Shown here piece by piece: positions 38,901 through 51,629 of a stretch of DNA of 64,000 nt. Numbering within the stretch: position 1 is the stretch's first letter; the number at the start of each line of letters is the position of its first letter. The stretch spans positions 12,830,546 through 12,894,545 of the forward strand of contig NC_052158.1 of NCBI RefSeq assembly GCF_902713615.1. The letters are read 5' to 3'. The position numbers were made by a program, and so were the translations under genes. Source of the stretch: Scyliorhinus canicula. Lineage: Eukaryota. The notes beneath the pieces were generated by a model. It was not told the origin of the DNA. It ran no database searches and saw only the letters and a list, made by a program, of their open reading frames with translations.

Positions 38901-41900
38901 TTTGGACATCCATTGTACCTAACCTCTTCCCTTTTTTTGGTCCAAAATGGACAACTTCACACTTGCTTGCATTGAATTCCACATGCCACAATTTTGCCCA
39001 ATGATCTAGTCTGTCAATATCTCCTTGCAATCTTATGCTACCATCTAGGCTGTCTACAATGCCACCTAACTTTGTATCATCTGCAAATTTGGATATGTGA
39101 CTTTCAATGCCATCATCCAAGTCATTAATAAATAATGCGAATAATTGAGGCCCAATGTACCCTGTGGTACATCACTAGTCGCATTCTGCCAATTAGAATA
39201 ATTGCCCATTATCCCCACTCTCTGTCATCTGCCACTCAACTAATTTCCTAACCATGTCAATAAGCCGTCAACTCCGTGGCTTCCACCTTAGTTAACAATC
39301 GCTTATGTGGGACTTAATCAAATGCCTTCTACAAGTCCATGTAAAGTACATCCATAGACATTCCCCTGCCCACGACCTGAGTCACCTCTTCAAAAACATT
39401 CAATAAGATTAGTTAGGCATGACCTTCCCTTCACGTATCCATGCTGGCTCTCGCTGATCGACTGAATTTTTTTGAGATGTTCAGTTACCTCATCCCTGAT
39501 TATAGACTCCAGTAGGGCAGCATAGTGACCCAGTGGCTAGCACTGCCGCGTATCGGCGCCGAAGACCCGGGTTCGATCCCGGCTCTGGATCAATGTCCGT
39601 GTGGAGTTTGCACATTCTCCCAGTGTCTGCGTGGTTCTCACCCCCACAACCCAAATATGTGCAGGATAGGTGGACTGGCGATGCTAAATAGCCCCTTAAT
39701 TGGAAAAAAAAGAATTGGGTACTCTTTAAAAAAAAGTGGAGTGACATGTGCAATTTTCCAATCCAGAGGTACTACATCTGAACCTAAGAACCGTGAAAGA
39801 TGATGAGAAATTTCTTCACGCAAACAGTGGTTAGCCTGTGGAATCACTACCACGAAAGCAATTGAGGCCAAAACATTGCATGTTTTCAAGAAGGAGTTAG
39901 ATATAGCTCCTGGGGTTAAAGGGATCAAAGGACGATCAGCGATGACTATAATGAATGGCTTGAAGGGACGAATGGCCTAATCCTGCTCCTATTTCCTATG
40001 TTTCTAATCATTGAGCAGTCAGAATGGAACACTTCAATCACCAAATATAGATGAAGATTACAGTAGTGTAATGGGAAGAGGGGCAAGAGTTCCTCGAGTG
40101 TGTTCAGGAGAATTTTCTACAGCAGTAGATATATTTTCAGTCTAATCTGAAAGGAGTCACTGGTAGATCTGGTTCTTGAAAATGAGATGGGCCAAGGGAA
40201 TCAAGTGTCAACAGCGGAACACTGAAGGAACAGTGATCATTTAGGTTGTCTATGAAAAAGGACATAGAACAATCTGGAGTAAGAATAATTAACTGGGCGA
40301 AAACCAACTTCAATGGGGTAAGAATCGACCTGGCCTAGATAAACTGGAATCAAAGATTGTCAGGAAAAACAGTGGATTAAAGGGATTCCTTTAAAGAAGA
40401 GGAAGTTGAGGACACAGTCAAGGTGTATTCCCATGAATGCAAAAGGCTGGGCTAATAAATCCAGAGCTCTCTGGATGACAAAAGAGAAAGAGATCCAGAT
40501 GAAGCAGTAAAAGTGCGCCTGTGACAGATGTCAGGGGGATAATACAACTGAGAACCAGGCTGAACATAGACGGCTCAGAGGAGAAGTGAAAAATTAAATC
40601 AGAGAAGCAAAGTCAGAGTATGAGGAGAGACCAGCAGCTAACATAAAAGGGGATGCCAAAATCCTCTGCCGACAAATAAATAGTAAAAGTGTGGGAAAAG
40701 GAAGAGTGGGGCTGATTATGCATGGCAGAAGAGAAAACCGCTAGGGCAGCACGGTGGCGCAGTGCGTTAGCCCTGCAGCCTCACAGCGCCAAGGTCCCAG
40801 GTTCGATCCCGGCTCTGGGTCACTGTCTGTGTGGAGTTTGCACATTCGCCCCCTGTTTGCGTGGGTTTTGCCCCCACAACCCAAAGATGTGCAGGGTAGG
40901 TAGATTGGCCATGCTAAATTACCCCTTAATCGGAAAAAATGAATTGGGTACTCTAAATTTATTTTAAAAAAGAGGAATCAGTTGATTTTAATACTTTACA
41001 AAAAAGATCCTACCTGGGTCATGACGAAAGAAGAGGGAGTTCAGAAACTGGAAGGGTTTAAAATTGATAAGGAGGAAGCATTGAATAGGCTGCCTGTACT
41101 TAAAGTTGATAAGGTACCAGGATTGAGTGAGATGCATCCAAGGATAATGAGGGAAGTGAGCTTGGAAACTTCAGGGGATGGTGCCAAAGGACTGGGGAAT
41201 TGTAAATGTTACACCCGTGTTCAAAAAGGGTGTAATGATCAGTCCAGGAACGACAGCTCAGTCAGTTTAACTTTGGTGGTGGAGAAATATCTAAAGGCAA
41301 TAATTCTGGGTAAAATTAATCGTCCCATGGGCAAATGAAATGAAAATCGCTTATTGTCACGAGTAGGCTTCAAATGAAGTTACTGTGAAAAGTCCCTAGT
41401 CGCCACATTCCGACGCCTGTTCGGGGAGGCTGTTACGGGAATCGAACCGTGCTGCTGGCCTGCTTGGTCTGATTCCAAAGCCAACGATTTAGCCCTGTGC
41501 TAAACAGCCCCTATTGAGGGTTAATTAAGGAAAGGCAACATGGATTTCTGAAGGGAAAATGATATTTAACTAACTTGCTAGAGTCTTTGAAGAGGTGACA
41601 AAGGGCCATCAAGGGTAATGCTGTTGACGGGTTGTACACAGAACATACAGTACGGAAGGAGACCATTTGGCCCATCGAGTCTGCACCGACCCACTTAAGC
41701 CCTCACTTCCACCCTATCCCCGTAACCCAATAACCCCTCCTAACCTTTTTTGGTCACTAAGGGCAATTTATCCTGGCCAATCCACCTAACCTGCACGTCT
41801 TTGGACTGTGGGAGGCACCCGGAGGAAACCCACGCAGACACGGGGAGAACATGCAGACACCGCACAGACAGTGACCCAGCGGGGAATCGAACCTGGGACC

Positions 41901-43570
41901 CTGGCGTTGTGAAGCAACAGTGCTAATCACCCTGCTGCCCGGGACATAGGACTTACAAAAGGCATTTGGATATAATGCCACACAATAGACTTGTATGAGA
42001 AAAGTTATAGCTCATGGAATAAAAAGGACAACAGCAACGTGGACACAAAATTGGTGGACTGACAGTAGACACTGCTGGTTAATGGGTAGTTTTTGGACTG
42101 GAAGAAGGTTTGAAGTGGGGTTTCACCCAAGGGTTGGTGCTGGGATCCTTGGTCTTCCTGATACGTAATAATGACCTCGGCCTTGGGTGCGCAGGGTCCC
42201 ATTTGTGCGTGATACAAAACTTGGAAGTATTGACATCTCAAGAACTACAAAAGGACATAGGCGATGGAATGGGCAGACAAGTGGCAGATGTTGCTCAAAT
42301 GCAGAGAAATGTGAGGCGATTTTGGTAGGCAGAACACGAAGGGACAATATAAAACTATGGATACAATTCTAAATGGGGTACATGAACAGAGGGACCTGGG
42401 TACAGTTTTTGAAAAATAAAAGAAATATAAAATAGAGGGTGCCATCGACCGGCCTCATTGCGCTGAACTCGGTGTAACGGCAAGGCCATTAAATCGCGCG
42501 AGAGGGACGGCATGTGGCGCAGTGGTTAGCACTGGGACTGCGGCACTGAGGATCCCGGCCCTGGGTCACAGTCCGTGTGGAGTTTGTACATTCTCCCCAT
42601 GTCTGCGAGGGTTTCACAACCCAAAGATGTACAGGTTAGGTAGATTGGCAACGCTAAATTGCACGTTAATTGGGAAAAACAAATAACAATAATTGGATAC
42701 TTTAAATTTAAAAAAAAACCTCTGCATTTGAGCGCCATCATTTTTTTGCAGGCATGAAAAGGAAATAAACTCTTGTGCAAATGGGCACGAGGGTCTGGTG
42801 GTGGTGGCGGGTCTACAAAGAGGTGGTTCATTTGCAGAGATAGTGTCAGAGTGGTCGCCAGACTAGTAGTCCAGAGGCCCAGTCTCCTGCTCTGTGGACT
42901 GAATCAAACCCTACGATGGCAGCTGGTGGAAATTAAACTCAAACAATAAAATCAGGAATTGAAAGTTTGATTCATTAACGGTGACCATAAAACTATCATC
43001 GATTGTGGTTAAAAATCCATCTGATTCACTGATGTTCTTTAGGGAAGGAAATCTGCTGCCCTCACCTGGTCTGGCCTACATGTGACTCCAGCGCTGCAGT
43101 AGGTTGATACAGGGGTTGGCAGGACTGTCCTATCAGGAGAGACTGGTTCGGCTGGTCCTGTATTTACTTGAGTTTAGAAGAAGAGAGGAGATCTGATTGA
43201 AATGTATAAAATCCCAACAGGGCTGGACTGCCTAGATGCAGTGAGCATGTTTACTCTGGTTGGGAAATCTAGAACCAGGGGTACAGTCTCAGGGTACAGG
43301 GTAGATCGTTCAAGACTGAGATGAATAATATTTCTTCACTCCAAGGGTAGTGAACTTGCGGAATTCTCTACCACAGAACACTGTGGAAGCCAAGTCACTG
43401 AATGTATTTAAGAAAGAGATAGATCATTTTTAAAGCTTTTAATGGCATCAAGGGGTATGGGGAGAAAGCCGGAGTGTGGCGCTCAGATCGAGGATCAGCC
43501 ATGTTCATATTGAATGTCAGAGGAGACTCGAAGGGCTGAATGGCCTACCCCTGCTCCTCGTTTCTATGAC
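35920..43570. mobile_element. Cluster of degraded CR1 LINE fragments on both strands with SINE insertions (37209-37430, 39514-39735, 40743-40970, 41335-41512, 41640-41940, 42505-42720)
   Basis: Fragments such as SKFADDTKLGGIVD, KVDKVPGLSEMHPR and DLIETYKIITGLDRVD; SINE heads. Confidence 0.75.
37430..37700. repeat. 45-bp purine-rich tandem repeat (~5-6 copies)
   Basis: GAGAAAGAGCGAGACTGAGAGCGGAGCCAGGAGATAAAGGAGTGT. Confidence 0.85.
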
Positions 43571-43599
43571 TCTTAACTTTCCTCTGGAATGGCCTTGAA

Positions 43600-44282
43600 A
43601 GCCTAGGTGTGAACATCACCAACAGTTTTTCCTGGTCCACCCACGTCGACACTGCCACCAAGAAAGCACAACAGCGCCTATACTTCCTCAGGAAACTAAG
43701 GAAATCTGGCATGTCCACATTGACTCTTACCAATTTTTACGCATGCACCATAGAAAGCATCCTATCGGTTGCATCACAGTCTGGTATGGCAACTGCTCGG
43801 CCCAAGACTGTAGGAAACTACAAACAGTCACGGACACAGCCCTGTCCATCAGATGAAACCATCTCCCATCCATGGACTCTGTCAATACCTTATGCTGCCT
43901 GGGAAAGGGGCAGCATAATCAAAGACCCCTCCCACCTGGGTTATTCTCACTTCCAACTTCATCCACCAGGCAGGAGATATAAAAGTCTGAGAACACACAC
44001 AAAACAGATTCAAAAACAGCTTCTTTCCCTCTGTTACCAGACTCCTGAATGACCCTCTTGTGGACTGAACTTATCTCTCCACGCATATTCTCTACTGAGT
44101 AGCACTACACTCCGTATGCTTCACCCGATGTCTGTGTATTTGCATTATATATTTATCGTATGTCCTATGTTTTTTTCAGGATGATCTGTCTGGACTATGC
44201 GCAGAACAATACTTTTCACTGTACCTCGGTACAGTGCCCATCTACAGCGTACCGAGGTATATGTGATAATAAATCAAATCCA
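43600..44282 (+). mobile_element. Rex1/Babar-clade LINE 3' fragment
   Basis: KKAQQRLYFLRKLRK...NFYACTIESIL; tail AATAAATCAAATC. Confidence 0.8.
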
Positions 44283-44356
44283 TAACTACTCAGTTCAAGA
44301 GCAATCAGAGATGGGCAACAAATGTGGGCCTTGTCAATCCCATGAAAGCATAAAAT

Positions 44357-44695
44357 GGGCAGCACAGTAGCATACTGGTTAGCAAAGTTGCTTCACAACT
44401 CCAGGGTCGCAGGTTTGATTCCCGGCTTGGGTCACTGTCTGTGCGGAGTCAGCCCGTTCTCCCTGTGTCTGCGTGGGTTTTCTCCGGGTGCTCCGGTTTC
44501 CTCCCACAGTCCAAAGATGTGCAGGTGAGGTGGATTGGCCGTGACAAATTGCCCTCAGTGTCCAAAAACCTTGGGTGGGGTTACTGAGTTACAGGGGTAG
44601 GGTGGAGGTGTGGGCTTAAGTCGCGCGCTCTTCCCAAGGGCCGGTGCAGACTCGATGGGCCGTGCAGACTCCTTCTGCACTGTAAATTCTATGAA
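44357..44695 (+). mobile_element. HE1-like SINE immediately upstream of the EHMT2 promoter
   Basis: Full head, core and TTCTATG tail. Confidence 0.88.
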
Positions 44696-44699
44696 ATTG

Positions 44700-44808
44700 T
44701 GGGGGACGCTGCTGCTTTAAGAGCGCCTGCCCTTTAAGGATAGGCCCCGCCCCTCCCGCCGCTACACCCCGCCCCGTCGCTGCGCCATGACGTCACGGGC
44801 CGGGAGCC
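44700..44808 (+). promoter_or_regulatory. CpG-rich promoter of EHMT2 with GC boxes and a palindromic CRE
   Basis: CCCCGCCC at ~44745 and ~44767, TGACGTCA at 44788-44795, two CTTTAAG motifs, Kozak GCCATGG at 44809. Confidence 0.7.
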
Positions 44809-44829
44809 ATGGCTTCCCTGGATGCTGAG
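44809..44829 (+). CDS. EHMT2: EHMT2/G9a coding exon 1 (MASLDAE)
   Basis: Strong Kozak context, 21 nt, donor GAG|GTGAGA, phase 0. Resembles the short first coding exon of EHMT1 (MAAADAE). Confidence 0.75.
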
Positions 44830-45968
44830 GTGAGAGAGTCGCTGAGGGGAGGGAATTCCTCTTTCCAAGTAAAAACCACCGCCCCTCCTCCCGTCACCCG
44901 GGTCGCTCGGACTCCTCTTCACCCCCATCCTCGTCAAATCCCTTTCCGGCTTACATCTAAAACCGAGGCCTTATCCTTTTCGCCTGCCCCGCTCCTTGCT
45001 GCTCCGTTGGCTCCGAGTCCACGGCGGCCATGGGTCTGGGCGCTTTGTGAGGCGGAGAGGTGGATGGAGGGCGGGGGGAAGAGGAGGCGGGTGATTGACA
45101 GCTGGTACCCCGGTTCCTGTGTTGCTCATTGGCTCCCCTTCGCGTTGGCTTGCGAGGGAATGCCGTATACTGCTTTAGGGGCGGAGGGTAACGGGACGAT
45201 CGATTGCCGAACCCCACCGTCTGAGTAAGACATCGTCTCTCACTCCCGTTGGCTTGCAGGGATTGCGTTATACAGGGTTAGGGGTGAGGCAATGTTGATT
45301 GACTGCTGTGCCCCGCAACCTGTGCAACGTATCCATGGCCCACCATTGGAATGTGAAGGCATATGTTATGCAGATTGGGGGCGGGCTCCGCCGCGAGGTG
45401 GTGGACGGTTTACTTCCGAACCCCGTAAACTGTGTAAGGCATTAGCTTTCTCCTGTGGGCGGTGTGTGGGCTATGTGTTATACAGGGGTTCATGTGGGGG
45501 CGCTGTGTAGTGTGATTGACGACCGATCCCGTAACCTGCATAGTATATTAGGCTCCACTCCTTTGTTTGTGATATATGCGTTATCCAGGGTTTGGGGTGC
45601 GAGCCCGGCCAACCCCCGAAGCGAGAGACATGCTGCCTTGTTTCTGTGCAAATTTTTTATTCCCGTACGTACATTTAACAATAAACTTGCAAGCTTGGGG
45701 TTCCGGTCAGTTACTTTCGCTCCAGCTCAAAATAAAACTTCCATTTTATGTAGTCCTTCAAAGCGCTGTATTATCATTTTTTAAAAGTACATTTTCTTTG
45801 GCGTTTTAAAATGCAACCCTATATGGAAACTTGGTACATTGCATTGTCCATTGCTCCACTGGGCATGTTCCAATTCTGTTTACCAACTTTGCAGGCCCTT
45901 CACATTGGACTTCGAAATAGGAGTAGTTGTCGTCCCTTAACATTGCTGAATCGCCTATCAACATCCTT

Positions 45969-46033
<65 letters not shown>

Positions 46034-46364
46034 CTACTGACCAGAAAATTAACTCGACCAGTCGCTGTGCTGCAAGTGCAGATCAGAGACGAGGAGTTCT
46101 GCAAGAGTGTGACTCGCCTCCTGACCTCCCCAAAGCCTGTTGACCATCTAAAAGGTGCTGTATGTGGCACAGGCAGCATTGCAGGGCCGAATGGCCTTCC
46201 TCTGCACTGTAGGGAATTCTATTGTCACTGAAGTCAGGAGTGTGATGGAATGTCCTCTACCTGCCTGAATGAGTGCAACACCATCCAGTGCACAACAGCC
46301 TGCTCGATTGGCACCCCAACCAACACCTTAAATATTCACTCCCTTCACCACTGGTGCACAGTAA

Positions 46365-49300
46365 CAGCACGGTAGCACATTTGGTTAGCACTGTTGCTTC
46401 ACAGCACCAGGGTCCCAGGTTCGATTCCCTGCTGGGTCGCTGCCTGTGCGGAGTCTGCACATCCTGTGTCTGTGTGGGTTTCCTCCGGGTGCTCCGGTTT
46501 TCTCCCACAGTCCAAAGACGCGCAGGTTAGGTGGAATGGCCATGCTAAATTGCCCTTTGTGTCCAAAAAAGGTTAGGAGGGGTTATGGGGATAGGCTGGG
46601 TGAGGGCTCAAGTGGGTCGGTGCAGACTCGATGGGCCAAATAGCCTCCTGCACTGTATGTTCTACGTATCTATGTGTACCATCTACAAAATGCACTACAA
46701 TTCACCCAGGCTCCTTCAACAGTGTTCCCTCCCAATCCACACACCATCCTGACTTGGAACTGTATCACTGTTCCATCATTGCCACTGGGTCAAAATCTTG
46801 AACGCACCCCCCCCCCCCCCCAGCACTGTGGGTGTACTTGCAACATGTGGATGGCAGTGTTTCAAGAAGGCTGCTCACCACCACCAAAGGCAATTATAAG
46901 AATGGGCACTAAAAGTGCTGGCATCGCCAGTGATGTCCACAACCTTTGAAATAATTTTTAAAGCCCTCTCAGTATCCACCCCATCAAGCCTCCTGCAGGA
47001 TCTTGTATGTTTCAATAAGATCACCTCATTATTCTAAACTCCAATGGGTAAAGTATTCAACCGCTCTTGCATTTTATCCTGTCTGTCAGAATGTATTGGG
47101 TCAAATGCAAAACTTTACATGGCAGTTGACTTATTAAGTTGGTAAATGGTGTTTATCCTCTTCTGGGGCAGGGAGGTGGGGGTGCTTAATCAGTCAGGCT
47201 TCTTGCTGTTGGTCATTGTCAATGACTCCAACAGTACAGGAGCTGTACTTTAGTAAATCTCCTTTGTACCCCTCCCTCGTGTGATGAAAAAAATGAAATG
47301 AAAATCGCTTATTGTCACGAGTAGGCTTCAATGAAGTGACTGTGAAAAGCCCCTAGTCGCCACATTCCGGCGCCTGTCCGGGGAGGCTGGTACGGGAATC
47401 GAACCCTGCTGCTGGCCTGCTTGGTCTGCTTTAAAAGCCAGCGATTTAGCTGAGTGAGCTAAACCAGCCCTCCTAATGACATTCCTCCTGTAATCACATC
47501 CCTCCTGTAATGTAGTGGCTAGAACTGCACACTGCTCTGGCTGCAGTCTATCTAGTGTTTCGTACTGTACGAGCCATAACCTACCTTCTCATTTCATATG
47601 AGATTTACATTTGATAAACAGCACAGAAAAATGCCGTTCAGCCCAACCAGTCCATGCTGGTGATTACGTTCCATTCGAGCCTCCTCCCATCTTTCCTCGT
47701 TTAAATTCTCATTGTAGGGGCAGCACGGTGGCGCAAGTGGTTAGCACAGTTGCCTCGCGGCGCCGAAGTCCCAAGTTCGATCCCGGCTCTGGGTCACTGT
47801 CCGTGTGGACTTTGCACATTCTCCCCGTGTTTGTGTGGGCTTTGCCCCCACAACCCAAAGATGTGCAGGGTAGTTCTATTGGCCATGCTAAATTGCCCCT
47901 TAATTGGAAAATATTAATTGGGTACTCTAAATTTATAAAATAAAATTCTCATTGTGACCCTCTATTCCCTTCTCCCTCATACAGTTATCTAGTTTTCCCT
48001 TGAGTACATTCACTACGCATACATATGTGTTATATATTTGTTGTATCGTCGCAGACTTACTGCACTGTAACCTTTCAATGGTAGTGTGGTTAAAAAAGCT
48101 TCCTTTGAATTCCCTATTCTTGCTGACTATCCTATGTCGGTGGCCTCTAATTTTGCTCTTCCCTACAAGTGGAAATATTCTCTCTGCGTCCACTCAAAAG
48201 GCCTTTCATCGTTTGTAAAACCTCTATCAGGTCACACCTCGGCCTTTTTTCAAGAGAGAAAAGACCCAGCCTGTCAATCCTTTCCTGATGCGTACACCTA
48301 CGTATATCTGGTATCACCCTCAGGATTAATATAATTTCCTTTTCAATTCTATCACTCTGGCAGTGAAACCTATTGCTTGGCTTGCTTTTCTCAAGTCCCG
48401 GCAACAACTTTAGTACATCTCCTTTGTACCCCTTCCTAGTGTGATCACATCACTCCTGTAATGTAGTGGCTAGAAATGGCCTTGCCAGTCTGTAGCATCA
48501 CTGTTAGTGACTGCTGTAATTTTACTCTGAGGTTTCCTTGGACCTCTGTCCCAACCAGACTTGCACTTTGCAATGACTGATCTCCCTATTCCTCCTACCA
48601 AAATGTACCATCTAACATTTATATGTGTAATTTATTGCAGACTTCCTCAGTATTGAATACACCCCCCCCCCCCCAAAACAATTTGCTGTCATCCGTAAAT
48701 GTAGAAATTTTAATTTGGGTCCAAATTCCAAATCGTTAATGTACATTGTGAGATTGTGAGGTCCCAGCACTGATCCTTGTCGAATACCACCTTCCGCCAC
48801 TCTGAATAACAGACTCCCTCTGCTTTCTGTCTCAAAGCCAGCTAGCGATCCGCTTTGCCACTTGTCCCCTCACTCCCATCACTCTACTATATCTGACCTT
48901 ATTCATTAGTCTGTTATGGGGCATCTTCTTAAAGGTCTTTTAGATAAATTATCATTCTCTATTCCCTCTGTTTCCCCCCTCAAAAAATTCTGAATGGTTG
49001 CTCAAAGAAGATTTTCCCTTTTGAGATCCATGCTGACTCTTTCATTGTTACATTTCTCAATTTTAGATGTTGTTTGAGTCTATCCTTTAGTCGGAATTTC
49101 ATTGTTTTTCCTACCATAAGACATAGGTACAGAATTAGGCCACTCGACCCATCGATGTTAAGCCACCTGGTCTCCAATGACCTAAACCAGTTCTGTCTCT
49201 CCTACCCGCCCCCCCACCCAATCTCTCTTCTCCCCCCTTCCCCCCGCCGGTCCTTTGGCAGGCACCATTTTCTAATTAATAATTAAAACTGTGCTACAAT

Positions 49301-50305
49301 GTTTCTGTTATCTCTCCCCGAGATTCTTCAGGAACTCTAAGCCTTGACCAGTTAAGCAAAGTACCCCGTTAGCCTCTTGACCACCTTGTCTTCTTGTCAA
49401 ATCACTGTCAGGAATCTGCAGGCACATTCTTTAATATTCCTCTGATCCCCTCCACTCTCAGCATCTTCACATCTCTTGTCTATTCCCTTGTCTTGTTAGC
49501 CTTCCCCATATTCGTTACCTCACAATAGATTAGATTCTATTGGCCGAACGGCTGGGAGGTTTGAGCTCATCGAAAGAGAGCAAATCAGTTAACAAGTGGC
49601 CGAATGTTCTAAGGCGCTGATTAGCACAGTTGCTTCACAGCGCCAGGGTCCCAGGTTCGATTCCTGGCATGGGTCACTGTCTGTGCGGAATTTGCACTTT
49701 CTCCCCGTGTGTGCGTGAGTTTCCTCCGGGTGCTCCGGTTTCCTCCCACAGTCCAAAAATGTGCAGGGTAGGTGGATTGGCCATGCTAAATTGACCTTAA
49801 TGTCCAAAAAAGGTTGGGTTGGGGTTGCTGGGTTACGGGGATAGAGTGGGGGGTGTGGGCTTGGGTAGGATCCTCTTTCCAAGGGCTGGTGCAGGCTTGA
49901 TGGGCCGAATGGCCTCTTTCTGCACTGTAGATTCTATAAATTCTATGATTAATGCGCCAGTCTGCAGGAGCCTGAATCTAATACTGCCATTGCTAGAGAT
50001 GGGTGAGTTTTATGGCAGCAGGCGCCAGGGACCTGGGTTCGATTGCGACTTTGGGTGACTGGAGTTTGCACTTTCCCCTCGTGCCTGCCTGCGTTTCCCC
50101 CGGGTGCTCTGCTTTCCCCCCACAGTCCAAAGATGTGCAGGTTAGGTAGGTTGGCGATGATAAATTGGTCCTTAGTGTTAGAAAGGTTAGTTGGGATTCC
50201 GAGGATAGGGCGGAGGAGTGGGCCTAGGTAGGGTGCACTTTCGGAGGGTTGGTGCAGACTTGATGCGCCGAATGGCTTCCTTCTGCGCTGCAGGAATTCT
50301 ATGAT
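46365..50305. mobile_element. SINEs (46365-46675, 47290-47470, 47717-47945, 49610-49950, 50010-50305) and degraded minus-strand CR1 in EHMT2 intron 1
   Basis: SINE heads and cores; CR1 motifs GIRQGSVLGP and RLGLFSLEKR. Confidence 0.75.
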
Positions 50306-51629
50306 GAAGCGAATATCTTGAAGCCTTTTTGTCAGTGGCCTCAAGGATACTAATGGGCAGCATTACATTGAGTTACCACAGTTACTAGGTGGCACATTGG
50401 CGGAGTTTTATATCCAGCTGATGTTCCTCCTAATGTAAACCCAAATCTCCCAGCGTCCTCATTGTGTTGTTGTTACATTCAGTAGTTTTAAAAACCTATT
50501 TGATCACCCCCCAACCTTCTATTTTCAACAGAAAAGAGACTCAGCCTGTCAGTCCCTTCCCGATATCTGTACCCACACTTTTCTTCTATCCTTGTAAATC
50601 TTCTACTTTTTTACAACATGTCAACTAGCAATGTATGCTGCGCTCTTTCGTTGTGGTCCAACCACGGTTCAATACAGGTTTAGTGTAACCTTCCTACTTT
50701 TCAGTTCAGAATTCGGGCTCATATAGGAGAATCACAAAAAAAAAATCCAATCGGGAATTCAGGAGAAACCACTTCACCCCGGAGAGGAGTGAGAATGAGG
50801 AACTCCCACAGGGAGAGATTGAGGCAATTAGCAGAGACTTGTTGAAGGTGAAGTCAGATAAACTCATGAGGGATAAAGCAACAGAAGGATATTTTAATAG
50901 GGACGGTGAAGAGGGTGGTGAAGAACATATAACTAGATGTGCTGCATGGCCTTTTTCTGTGCTTTAATACTTTGTTCAATATTGGGATCATTAAAATCAA
51001 ATTAAAAGTGAAACTTTTTCCAACTGTAGCATGGTTGTCCAGCAGCTGTTGTTACTTGTCTTGCCTCGGGGACTTTACAGCGTAGCATTCTCAAAGCAGA
51101 TGATGGTCTCGCTTGATACTGTCAAGGGCCAGATTAACCCCTTTGGTCACTTCCCATTGCGCAGCTGCTTGGAGCTCCCTCCCCCAACACTAACACTCGC
51201 CCAGCTGAAAGTAGGAAAGTGTGTGATACAAAGGGATGGGGATAAGAACATAAGAACTAGGAGCAGGAGTAGGCCATCTGGCCCTCCGTGCCTGCTCTGC
51301 CATTCAATGAGATCATGGCTGATCTTTTGTGGACTCAGCTCCACTTTCCGGCCCGAACACCATAACCCTTTATTCCTTTTTGGATGTGGAAAGCAGAGAT
51401 CTGGCCTTATCTCTGGGCTGTACGTCGATTGATGTTGGCTTAAAAGGCTGGCTGGAAGGCTCAAAAGCAGAGAAGGGGGCAATGTTCGCATCTCCTCTCA
51501 CTCCAATCTCAGGATTCAAAACCCCCCCCCCCCCCCCAACCCGGATCTCACCCCTGCACAAACCACCCCACCTCTCTATTCCCCCCAACCGCATCTTCAC
51601 CCTAGCCCCCGGACATCGCCCTCACCCCA

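Noticed and set aside
45971-46030. 60-nt poly-G (shorter runs at ~17960 and ~22431)
   Set aside because: Homopolymer lengths are unreliable in assemblies, and there is no evidence of function.
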